Assembly: GCA_963768675.1 (NCBI GenBank)
Contig: CAVYIV010000026.1
Span: 23,988 to 87,987, forward strand
Source of the DNA: an uncultured Chloroflexia bacterium
Lineage (GTDB): Bacteria; Chloroflexota; Limnocylindria; Limnocylindrales; CSP1-4
Direction of reading: 5' to 3'
DNA: 64,000 nt
Shown here: in pieces, positions 55,228-64,000 of the stretch
Numbering within the stretch: position 1 is the first letter of the stretch
Layout: the number at the start of each line of letters is the position of its first letter
Notes under the pieces: model-generated
Database searches by the model: none
Told to the model about the DNA's origin: nothing
The model's input: only the letters and a program-made list of their open reading frames with translations
Program-made: the position numbers and the translations under genes

Positions 55228-57700
55228 GAGGCCGACGCAGCACCGGGAGCGTCGACCACCGAGACGCGGAGATTCCGGCCTTCCCAGCGCGACGCCTGCG
55301 GCCACCAGGGGGTGAACTCCACCGCCCTGCCGGGCGGGAGCAGCTCCGAGCCCGGGCACGTCCGCGACCCACACGCCGACGCCGGTGTCACGGGCGTCGA
55401 TGTCGGACCACGTCCGCCACGCATCGAGCGTGCACCGCACCCGGGCCGGGGCCAGCAGCTCGATCCGGAGGACACGCCCCGCCGCCATGGCCGGGCGCGG
55501 CGCGGTGAAGCGCCACGTGGCCCGCGACGGAGCCGGGCGCCTCGCCGTGGTAGCGGTGCCACGCCGCGTCGGGGCGGTCGATCGCGTGACCGAGCGCGAT
55601 CGAGCGCAGCGAGCTTCACGTACTCCGCGTGGGCCCAGGCGAGCGGCATAGCCGAGCCGCTCGGGCGGCCCGCGAAGGAGGCCGCGGCCGGGATCGGCGT
55701 CCGCGTCCCAGACCTGCTCGGGAAGCATCCCGCCCCCCGACGCCATGCTGCCGCATCGTCTCGAGGTACGGGCGGGCGTCCCGGCCGGCCTCCAGCTCGT
55801 AGTGGCCGCGCTCGCCGACGAGGAGCGGCCAGCCCCGGCCGATCCCGGTGCCGTCGAACGCGCTGCCGTCCTCGTGCTCGCCATAGCCGTCGCCGCTGTA
55901 GCGGTGCCAGACCGGTCCGCTCGGCGTCTCGGTGCGCAGCAGGCGCGTCGGTGACGGCGAGCGTCGACAGGATGCGCGGGTCGTCGGCCGCGCGCAGGCC
56001 GAAGCGCACGAGGGCGAGGAAGTCCGTGCCGACCATCTCGTCGGCCGGGACCATCGACGCGCCGGGCGGCCGGTTGCGCACCGGGACGGGCGTGGAGATC
56101 GGTGCGCCGGCCAGCACGTCGGGCGCGGCGATCCGGACGTAGTGCCCGTCGACGCCGTGCGCCCGCGCCAGCCGCGAGCCGCTCGCGATACGTCCAGTCC
56201 TCGATCGAGGCGTTCCAGTCGTCGGCCAGCTCGCGGCAGGTAGGTCGCCGCCGGCTCCGGGTGGTGGTCTGCGGCCACGACGAGCGCGGCGACGACGGGC
56301 GCCAGCGTGGACGGCGTCAGGCCGGCGTTCTCCTCCCAGCGGTCCTGTCCGGTTGCCGGGCCGGTGCGGGCGATGAAGCGGCCGCCGACGCGATCATGTG
56401 GTCGAGCGCGTCCTCGGTGAGGAGGTGCTCGAAGGCGGCCGCGTCGCTGCCCGCCATCCCGTGCATGTCGGCCGCGCCGCCTCTCCGGAGGGCGCCGGCG
56501 AGGAGGATCGGGTAGGCCGCCTCGTCGAGCTGGACGCCCGACCAGTAGGCGACGCCGTCCACCCACTGGTTCTGCACCCAGTGAGCCGTCCGGCTCCTGG
56601 GTCGCGACGAGGTAGGCCAGCGTCCGGCGCGCCGATGCGTGCCGGCTCCGAGCGCGACGAGCGCGCCGGCGGACTCGACGAGGTCCCGCGACCAGACCAG
56701 GTGGTAGCCGCCAAGGTCATTGCGCGTGTTGCCCCACGGGATCGACAGGCTCGCGACGATCGCGCCCGGCACGGTGCGGTCGGCTGTGGGTGCGCAGGAC
56801 CGCGGCGGAGTCGAGGTAGAGGTCGCGGTCCTCCGCCGGGACGTCGGCCGCGGCGGTGGAGTCACGGTCGCCAGGAAGCCCTGCCAGTTGCGCCACGTAC
56901 TCGTCCCAGGCGTTCTCGAAATGGCCGGCGAGCGCCGATGCAGGCCTCCAGACCGGCCTCCTCGGGCCGGGTCCCGAAGCCCAGGGCAAGGCGCGCGACG
57001 CCGTCGGCGAGCACGGAGCTCGGTCATGCCCGGCGACGTTGCCGGCCTCGGTGGTCTCGTACGTCCAGGTCATGCGTCCGTTCGTCGCGAAGTCCTGCCA
57101 GCCGTCCGACCGCCCGACGTACCCGACGCTCTGGCGGGCGGGGCCGGGCTCGGACGCGAGCGCGAGGGCGGCCTCGCCCTTGCGGGCGAACAGCATCGGG
57201 CCGTCCCTTGTAGGTCCCGGTCCACGCCCGGTTGTGGAGCCCGCTGAAGCCCAGGTGCGGGGCGAGCAGAGGGTAGAGGCGCAGCGGGTGCGTCAGGCGG
57301 TCGGGGTTAGACGCGTCGCGCGGGTCCTCGAGGTCGGGCCTCGATGCGCACGACGTCCGCGTGGTCGTCCGCGCAGATGCGCAGGGTCAGGGTGTAGCGC
57401 GGGTGGCGGTGGGCCGCCACGATGGCGGGGACGCCCGGCGCGAGGTGATGCACCTCCCGCGCGGCATCCCGCTTCACCTCGCTCCAGAACCCGAGCGTCG
57501 TCGGCGACGATGAACCCGAGGTCGCGCACCTGCGGCCGGTCCACCCGGGGCCAGTAGATCTCGTTGAGGATCCCGTGGCCGACCGTGAACCAGACCCGGC
57601 TCGAGAAGTGGGACGTGCCGACGGCGTCCTTCTCGCTACTCGACCAGGTGGGCGGCGCGCCGGGCGCGCCCGGCGCATGCAGGGGGTCGTCGGCCGTCAT
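55224..57700 (-). pseudogene. glycoside hydrolase family 15 (glucoamylase/glucodextranase-like), broken by about 15-17 frame changes
   Basis: Recognisable GH15 segments occur in order but hop between all three minus frames: VWFTVGHGILNEIYWPRVD; LRLYPLLAPHLG; MLFARKGEAALALA; FENAWDEYV; GAIVASLSIPWG...GGYHLVWSRD; QNQWVDGVAYWSGVQLDE; QDRWEENAGLTPSTLA; DGHYVRIAAPD; DFLALVRFGL; WHRYSGDGYGEHEDG...GRGWPLLVGERGHYE; GMLPEQVWD; MPLAWAHAEYVKL. ATG 57700 overlaps the zwf stop. Confidence 0.7.
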
Positions 57701-59128
57701 GGCGCGCTCGCCCGTGGCCGGCGCCCCGCGCGCGCCGCGTCGGACGGGGCCGCGGTCGCGATGGCCGGGTCGTGCCAGCGGTCGCCCCGCGCGAGGATCG
57801 CAGACGCCTCGCCGGGACCCCAGGTGCCGGGCTCGTACTCGTGGATGGGTGTCCGGTCGTCCAGGATCCCGTCCACGACCCGCCAGGCCGCCTCGACCGA
57901 ATCCTCGCGCGCGAACAGGGACTGGTCGCCGCGCGTCGCGTCGCCGATCAGGCGCTGGTACGGCGGGCGCTCCGTCCCGCTCTGGTGGGACGCGTAGAGC
58001 TCCACGGCCTCGCCGACCATCGCCTCGCCGGGCTTCTTGGCGCGCGCGCCGAGCGAGATCGACATGTCCGGCGAGAGCCGGAAGCGGAAGTGGTCGGAGT
58101 CGGGCGGCTGGGGCTCCGCGAACACCGCGTGGGGCGGGCGCTTCAAGCTCCACGAGGACCTCGGTCGCGGTGACGGGAAGGCACTTGCCGGTCCGGATGT
58201 AGAACGGGACGCCGCCCCAGCGCCACGTGTCCACGTGGAGGCGGAGCGCCGCGAACGTCTCGACCGTCGATCCGGGCGCGACGCCGGGCACGTCGCGGTA
58301 GCCGCGGTACTGGCCGCGCACGACGTCGCCCGGCCCGAGGGGCCGGATCGAGTCGAGCACCTTGAACTGACCGTCGCGGACCGCCTCGCTCGTGTGCCCC
58401 GAGGGAGGCTCCATCGCGAGCAGGCTCACGACCTGGAGGAGGTGGTTCTGGACCACGTCCCGGATCGCGCCGGCCTGGTCGTAGAAGGCGCCGCGGTCGG
58501 CGACGTCGAAGGTCTCGGGCATGTTGACCTGGATGCTCGCGACGTGGTCGCGGTTCCAGAGCGGCTCGAGGAACGAGTTGGCGAAGCGGAAGTAGAGCAG
58601 GTTCTGGACCGGCTCCTTGCCCAGGTAGTGGTCGATCCGGAAGATCGCGGGCTCGTCGAGGACACGGTGAACGGTCGCGTTCAACGCCACGGCGGAGGCG
58701 AGGTCGCGACCAAATGGCTTCTCCAGGATCACGCGGGCGCCCGCTGCGCACCCGGACGCCGCCAGGTTGGCGACCACCTCGCCGAAGAGCGCGGGCGGGA
58801 CCGCCAGGTAATGGAGCGGGCGGGCGGCCGCGCCGAGCTCGCGACGGAGGGCCCGAAATGTCTCGATGTCGTCGTCCGAGCCGCGGACGTAACGCAGCCC
58901 GGCGAGGAGACGCCGGACGGCGGCCGAGTCGGCGACGCCCGCAGCCGCAAGGCTCTGGCGGGCACGCTCGCGGAGCGCGTCGAGGTCGCCGGAGCGGGCG
59001 ACGCCGATGATCGGCAGGTCGAAGCCTTCGGCGCGCACGAGGCTGAGGAGCGCCGGGAAGATCTGCTTGAAGGCCAGGTCGCCCGTCGCCCCGAAGAAGA
59101 CGAACGCGTCGGAGTGCTCGGCGGCCAT
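57697..59128 (-). CDS. zwf: glucose-6-phosphate dehydrogenase; one frameshift near 58143
   Basis: ATG 59128 (MAAEHSDAFVFFGATGDLAFKQIFPAL). RIDHYLGKE and YFRFAN are in ORF 57293..60319. The C-terminal 149 aa are in ORF 57697..58146 (KRPPHAVF...PYQRLIGDA...EYEPGTWGP). Confidence 0.85.
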
Positions 59129-59274
59129 CCCGATGATCCCCCTGCTGGTGCGGGAGCGGTCCGACGAAGGGTCGGGGTCGGGCTCCCGCTCGCGATCGCT
59201 AGGGTAGAGGCAATGTTGGGCGGACGCGCTCGCGCCCGCTTCGGTCTCCCGAACGCCGGTCCACCTCGGGTCCT

Positions 59275-60255
59275 TCAGCGCTCCGGGGCCGGGTCGAGCG
59301 CGCCTGAGAGCTCGACGACCATGTCCCACAGGCGCCGGCGATCGTCCGCGCCCAGGCGGGTGGCCGGGATCCGGTCGAACGGCCGCGGGCGCCGGTCCAG
59401 ATAGAGCGCTCCGCTCGTCGCCGCGCCGGCGGGATCCGCCGCGAGCCAGACGATCGTGTCCGCACCGTCCGCGGGCGTGCGCAGGATTGGGTGCATCGCG
59501 CGGTAGAAGCCGGGCAGCGTCTCGGCGAGGCCCGGAGTGTCGGCCCAGCCCGGGTGCATCGCGTTGATGGTGATGGAAGTCCCGCGCAGCCGGCGGGCCC
59601 ACTCGCGGACGAGGGCGACCTGCGCCCGCTTCGCTCGCGCGTATGCGCGGGGGCCGGAATACGTCCCGGCCGTGAGCTGCAGGTCGTCGAGGTCCAGCTT
59701 CTGGGTGTACATGCCTCCGGACGTCACCGCGACGACCCGGGCGTCCGGGCTGCGCTCGAGCAGCGGCAGCAGGCCCGAGAGGAGGACGAAGGGCCCCACC
59801 ACGAGGACGGCCAGGCTCGCTTCGATCCCGTCGGGTCCGTCGAGGCGCTCGGGGTAGATCGCCCCGGCGTTGTCGACGAGGATATCCAGCGCGGGCTCGG
59901 TCTCCAGCACGCGTCGGACCGCGTCCCGGACCGACGCCAGCGACCCCATGTCGGCGACGATGCTCGGGAAGTGGTCCTCGCCGTGCGCCGCCACCAGCGC
60001 GTTTCGCACCGCGGCGAGACGTTCCTCGCTGCGCCCGACGAGGATGACCCGCGCGCCGAGCGAGGCGAGGGCGTCGGCCGTCGCGCGCCCGAGGCCCGAG
60101 GTGGGGCCGGTGACCAGAGCGGTCCTCCCGGCGAGCGTGCCATCCGCCGGCGGGACCCAGCCGAACAGGTTGCGACGGAGCATGATTCCAACCCGCGAGA
60201 AGCTCCCGACGACGGTCACTTCGAGGGCATCGTCGACGAGCGAGGCGAGGTTCAC
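59275..60255 (-). CDS. short-chain dehydrogenase/reductase (SDR) family oxidoreductase
   Basis: Lies inside ORF 59275..60456(-), with the likely start GTG 60255. It has TALVTGPTSGLGRA, NNAG-like VDNAG, and YARAK (YxxxK). Confidence 0.8.
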   Translation of the reverse strand: MNLASLVDDALEVTVVGSFSRVGIMLRRNLFGWVPPADGTLAGRTALVTGPTSGLGRATADALASLGARVILVGRSEERLAAVRNALVAAHGEDHFPSIVADMGSLASVRDAVRRVLETEPALDILVDNAGAIYPERLDGPDGIEASLAVLVVGPFVLLSGLLPLLERSPDARVVAVTSGGMYTQKLDLDDLQLTAGTYSGPRAYARAKRAQVALVREWARRLRGTSITINAMHPGWADTPGLAETLPGFYRAMHPILRTPADGADTIVWLAADPAGAATSGALYLDRRPRPFDRIPATRLGADDRRRLWDMVVELSGALDPAPER

Positions 60256-60349
60256 GGTCGGCTCTCCGGGTAGTTGCGTCCTCCGGACCGGCGGATACCG
60301 GCGGCGTGTGCACAGGCATGATGCGCGAAGGGGAGGATCGGAGCCCGCG

Positions 60350-60832
60350 ATGACCAAGTTGACGGAACGGATCGAGACGACACTCCCGATCGAGGACGTA
60401 TTCGCGTACGTCGCCGACTTCGCCAATTCGAGCGAATGGGATCCCGGCACGGCCACCTCCGAGCGAATCGACGCGGGACCCGTTGGGCTCGGCGCCCGCT
60501 ACAAGCTCGGCGTGCGGATGCAGGGTCGGGTGGCCCCGATGGAGTACCGGATCACGGCGTTTGAGGCGCCCCGCCGCGTCGTGCTCACCGGCGCGGGCTC
60601 CGGGGTCGCCTCGGTCGACGAGATCCGCTTCGAGCCGACGGCGGCCGGCACCCGGATCGACTACACGGCCGACATCCGGCTCGGCGGCCTCCTGCGCCTG
60701 GTCCAGCCGTTCCTCGGCGGCGCATTCTCCAAGATCGCGCGCGACGCGGTGGGCGGGATGCAGCGGGCGCTCGACGCGCGGGCGGACGCGAAGCGCGCCG
60801 AGTCGAACGGCCGGGAGGCGCCGCGCCCGTGA
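60350..60832 (+). CDS. SRPBCC-superfamily protein (polyketide cyclase/dehydrase-like)
   Basis: Lies inside ORF 59870..60832(+). ATG 60350 follows GGGAGGA. It has [21 protein letters not shown]. Confidence 0.7.
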   Translation: MTKLTERIETTLPIEDVFAYVADFANSSEWDPGTATSERIDAGPVGLGARYKLGVRMQGRVAPMEYRITAFEAPRRVVLTGAGSGVASVDEIRFEPTAAGTRIDYTADIRLGGLLRLVQPFLGGAFSKIARDAVGGMQRALDARADAKRAESNGREAPRP

Positions 60833-62103
60833 AGGTCGGCGTCATCGGGTCGGGAGTCAGCGGGCTGACGGCCGCCTATGCGCTCAGCAAGAACGGTCAC
60901 CAGGTCCGCCTGTTCGAGCGCGAGCCCGCCGTCGGCGGCCATGTCAAGACCGTCTCCGTGCCGACGGACCGTGGCCCGGTCGCGGTCGACACCGGCTTCA
61001 TCGTCTACAACGAACGGACCTACCCGCGCTTCGTCGGCCTGCTCCGCGAGCTCGGGGTGGAGACCCAGGCGAGCGACATGTCGCTCGGTTCGGCCTGCAA
61101 GGCCTGCGGCGTCGAGTTCAGCTCCCGGGGAACGCGCGGCCTGTTCGCGCGACGATCCTCGATCTTCCGCCCCTCGCACGCGCGCATGCTGGCCGACGTC
61201 CTGCGCTTCTACCGTGACGCGCGACGCGTCCTTGACACCGACCCGCCGACCGGCATGACGCTCGGCGAATACCTCGACGACCGTCGCTTCGGGGTGGGCT
61301 TCCGAAACCACTTCCTGGTCCCGATCACGGCGGCGGTCTGGTCCACTGCACCAGAACGCGTCCTCGAATTCCCGGTTGACTACCTGCTCCACTTCCTCGA
61401 CAACCACGGGCTGATCGGTCTGGGCAGGGCGCCGCGCTGGCGGACGATCCGCGGCGGCTCGAGCGAGTACGTCGCGCGGATCGTGGCGGCGATGCCGGAC
61501 GGGACGGTGCGCGCGGGCGATCCCGTCGAGAGCGTCAGTCGCGACCTCGCCGGGGCGACGGTCCGGACGGAGAGCGGGTTCGGCGAACGCTTTGACGCGG
61601 TCGTGATGGCCGCGCACGCTGACGATGCGCTCGAGGTCCTGCGCGACGCCGACGGCGCCGAGCGGGCTGCCCTCGGGGGCTTCGACTACACGCCGAACCA
61701 GGTCGTCCTCCACTCGGACGAACGGCTGATGCCGCGCCGGCCCGACGCGTGGGCCTCGTGGAACGTCCAGCAGGTTGCCTGCACGCCACCCGGTTCGTCG
61801 GTCACGATGACCTACGACATGAACCGCCTCCAGTCGCTCCCGGGCCCCGAGCAGCACCTCGTCTCGCTCAATCCCGGCGACGCCGTGCGGCCCGACCGGG
61901 TGTTCCTCGCGCGCGAGTTCAGCCACCCGCTCTACACGTTCCGGACGCTCCAGGCCCAGGGCGCGCTGCGCGCCCTGCAGGGCCACCGCCGGACCTACTA
62001 CGCCGGCGCGCACCTGGGGTACGGCTTCCACGAGGACGGCTGCCGCTCGGGCTACGAGGCGGCCGAGCTTCTCGCCGCGGCCGCGGGGCAGATGGTCGCA
62101 TGA
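60829..62103 (+). CDS. NAD(P)/FAD-dependent oxidoreductase (amine-oxidase-like, cfa-cluster type)
   Basis: ORF 60829..62103(+). It has the dinucleotide-binding motif [19 protein letters not shown]...[11 protein letters not shown]. Confidence 0.8.
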   Translation: MKVGVIGSGVSGLTAAYALSKNGHQVRLFEREPAVGGHVKTVSVPTDRGPVAVDTGFIVYNERTYPRFVGLLRELGVETQASDMSLGSACKACGVEFSSRGTRGLFARRSSIFRPSHARMLADVLRFYRDARRVLDTDPPTGMTLGEYLDDRRFGVGFRNHFLVPITAAVWSTAPERVLEFPVDYLLHFLDNHGLIGLGRAPRWRTIRGGSSEYVARIVAAMPDGTVRAGDPVESVSRDLAGATVRTESGFGERFDAVVMAAHADDALEVLRDADGAERAALGGFDYTPNQVVLHSDERLMPRRPDAWASWNVQQVACTPPGSSVTMTYDMNRLQSLPGPEQHLVSLNPGDAVRPDRVFLAREFSHPLYTFRTLQAQGALRALQGHRRTYYAGAHLGYGFHEDGCRSGYEAAELLAAAAGQMVA

Positions 62104-62902
62104 GGTCGCATCTTCTCGAGGGCAGGGTCACCCACCTCCGGACCCGCCCATTCACGCACCGGCTCGACTACGGCGTCTTCTACTTCGCCCTCGACCTCGC
62201 GGAGCTCGACGAGGTCGCGCGCCGGATCCGTCTTGTCCGGCGCAACCGGCCGGGCATCCTTGGCTTCCGGGACGGCGATCACCTCGACCCCCCGGCGCGG
62301 GACCTCCAGACCTCGATGCGGCAGCACCTGCGCGACCAGGGCTTCAACCCCGAGGGCTGGCGCCTGACCTGCGTGACGAACCTGCGCGTCTTCGGCTACG
62401 AGTTCAACCCGGCCACGTTCTACCTGTGCCGCGACGCGAGCGGCGAGCTTCGGGTGGTCGTCGTGGAGGTCCACAACACGCACGGGGAGCGGCACCTCTA
62501 CACGCTTCAGCCCGAGCGGAAGGGGATCTCCACGTCGCCTCGATGGACAAGGAGTTCTACGTCTCGCCGTTCATCGACATGGTGGGCCGGTATGCCGTGC
62601 GGGTCCGCGACGATCCCGGCAGCCTGCGCATCGCGATCGATGAGAGCCAGGACGGCCAGCCGCTCCTCTACACGAGCCTCGTCCTGCGCCGCGTTCGCCT
62701 CACCGACCGGGCCGTCGCCCGGATGCTCGTCCGCCACCCCTTCGTGACCCAGAAGACAATCGCCGCCATCCATCTGCACGCCTGGCGCCTCTGGCGCCGG
62801 GGCGCCCGCTTCCATCGGCACGGGGAGGCGAAGCAGGCCCAGGCGGAAGCTGCGCGCGTGCAGGCAGAAGCCGCCCGCCTCCGCGCGGAGGCCGCCCGGT
62901 GA
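62100..62902 (+). CDS. DUF1365-family protein; one frameshift near 62524
   Basis: ATG 62100 overlaps the upstream stop. [22 protein letters not shown]...[13 protein letters not shown] is in ORF 61749..62747. The sequence continues as [10 protein letters not shown]... in ORF 62426..62902. Confidence 0.7.
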
Positions 62903-64000
62903 GCGAGCGATCGGCCGGCCGGAACATCCGCGCCACGCGGGAGCCCGTCCTCGCCGGGGTCGCGCGCCGCATCGGCATGGCCGCCGCCTCCCGGATCCAG
63001 ATCGGTTGCCTCACCGTGCTCCTCCCCGACGGGTCGCGCCACGTGTTCGGGGACCGCGGGTCAGCGCGCCGGGCCGAGATCCGCGTCCACGACATGGACG
63101 CCCTCGTGAGGATCCTCGTCAACGGCGAGACGGGCGCCGGGGAGGCCTACATGGACGGGCTCTGGTCGAGCCCGAACCTCGCGGGCCTGATCGAGCTTGC
63201 GGCTCTGAACCGCTCCGCCCTCGCCCTCTCGGCCGGATGGTGGCGCGTCCCGACCCAGCTCGGCAGGACTCTGGCCCACCGGGCCCGGCGCAACACCCGT
63301 GCCCAGAGCAAGCGGAACATTGCCGCCCATTACGACCTGGGCAACGACTTCTACCGGCTCTTCCTCGACGAGACGCTGACCTACTCGTGCGCGGTGTTCG
63401 AGTCACCCGACCAGCCGCTCGCCGATGCCCAGCGGAACAAGTACCGCCGGATCGTCGAGCGCGCCGGCCTTGCCGCCGGACAGCACGTGCTGGAGATCGG
63501 CACCGGCTGGGGTGGCTTCGCCCTGTACGCGGCGGGCGAGCTCGGCTGCCGCGTGACGACGATCACGATCTCGCGGGCCCAGGGGAGCTCGCCCGCGAGC
63601 GCGTCCGTTCGGCCGGCCTCGAGGACCGCGTCGAGGTCGAGCTGAAGGACTACCGCGAGATCAGCGGGACCTACGACGCGATCGTCTCGATCGAGATGCT
63701 CGAGGCGGTCGGGTGCCGAGTACTTCACCACCTTCTTCGAGGTGTGCGATCGGGCGCTTGCGCCCGGCGGCCGGATGAGCCTCCAGTCGATCACCTTCCC
63801 GGACGCCGCCTACGAGGCGCAGCGCCGCGGGGCCAACTGGATCCAGCAGTACATCTTCCCCGGCGGCGATCTGCCCGTCGCTCGCGGTCATCGAGCGCTC
63901 GACGCACGCGACCAGCCTGCTGATCACGGACGTCGACGACATCGCGCCGCACTACGTGCGAACCCTGCGGGCCTGGCGGAAGCGCTTCCTCGAGCGGGTC
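62899..64000 (+). CDS. cfa: cyclopropane-fatty-acyl-phospholipid synthase family methyltransferase, 3' end outside the window; about 3 frameshifts (about 63583, 63712, 63868)
   Basis: GTG 62899 overlaps the upstream stop. AHYDLGNDFYRLFLDETLTYSCAVF and VLEIGTGWGGFALYAA are in ORF 62899..63645. ELARERVRSAGLEDRVEVELKDYRE, YFTTFFEVCDRALAPGGRMSLQSI and SLAVIERS...APHYVRTLRAWRKRF follow, each one frame over. Confidence 0.75.

Noticed and set aside
57293-60319. A 1008-aa minus-strand ORF spanning SDR antisense, zwf and the GH15 N-terminus.
   Set aside because: Only the zwf N-terminal 330 aa and the first ~66 aa of GH15 are protein-like. The rest is Arg/Pro/Gly-rich read-through made possible by the scarcity of stop codons.
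1-64000. rRNA, tRNA, tmRNA or other structured RNA genes.
   Set aside because: No cloverleaf-like or rRNA-like sequences were recognised in the intergenic regions I read (5075-5431, 13458-13832, 15117-15452, 16585-16783, 19843-19986, 26737-26936, 46249-46380, 46609-46775). This absence was judged by eye, and a tRNAscan/Infernal run would be decisive.

Overview
A very GC-rich chromosomal segment. GC was not computed. Stop codons are so rare that all six frames carry long spurious ORFs. Gene content and style (LLM/F420-type oxidoreductase, frequent GTG/TTG starts, many ATGA/GTGA start-stop overlaps) suggest an actinobacterial or Chloroflexota-like organism, but this is inference only. I recognise about 60 genes and no rRNA, tRNA, CRISPR array, transposase, integrase or phage gene.

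Layout:
- 1-12.5 kb: a surface-polysaccharide locus. It holds sugar-modifying enzymes including a C-methyltransferase, a Wzz/BY-kinase, a Wzy/O-antigen-ligase-like protein, and GT4 and GT2 glycosyltransferases.
- 12.6-19.8 kb: a duplicated, uncharacterised module built around a ParA-like ATPase. Each copy has a membrane protein with a conserved Cys/His N-terminal domain and a low-complexity partner with an invariant C-terminal tail, and copy II keeps only a decayed ParA remnant. The module also contains a perfect 5 x 48 bp coding tandem repeat and an embedded secreted surface protein.
- 20-34 kb: housekeeping and catabolic genes. These include an MBL hydrolase, a MoaD-MoaE fusion, a KamD-like protein, a glycogen debranching enzyme, proline dehydrogenase, and a permease / saccharopine dehydrogenase / aminotransferase / acyl-CoA ligase operon.
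- 34-46 kb: a sulfur-themed region (TauE/SafE, DUF1634, OsmC, rhodanese, lgt). It leads into a tightly coupled operon: ArsR, DsrE-like, TusA, MvhD-like, HdrA with an inserted GltD-like NAD(P)H module, a second HdrA, a small wHTH protein, a QmoC-like subunit and hemerythrin. I consider this operon the most interesting candidate system.
- 46-64 kb: a repeat mini-protein, MarR, a ClC channel, a Na+/H+ antiporter, PadR, a P-type ATPase, small proteins, a heavily frame-disrupted GH15 glucoamylase, zwf, and an SDR / SRPBCC / FAD-oxidase / DUF1365 / cfa cluster.

Major caveat: at least about 40 apparent single-nucleotide frame changes interrupt otherwise recognisable genes. They are unevenly distributed and could be assembly indels or real decay. 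The sequence alone cannot distinguish the two. All family calls were made by eye from the translations. No database search was run.
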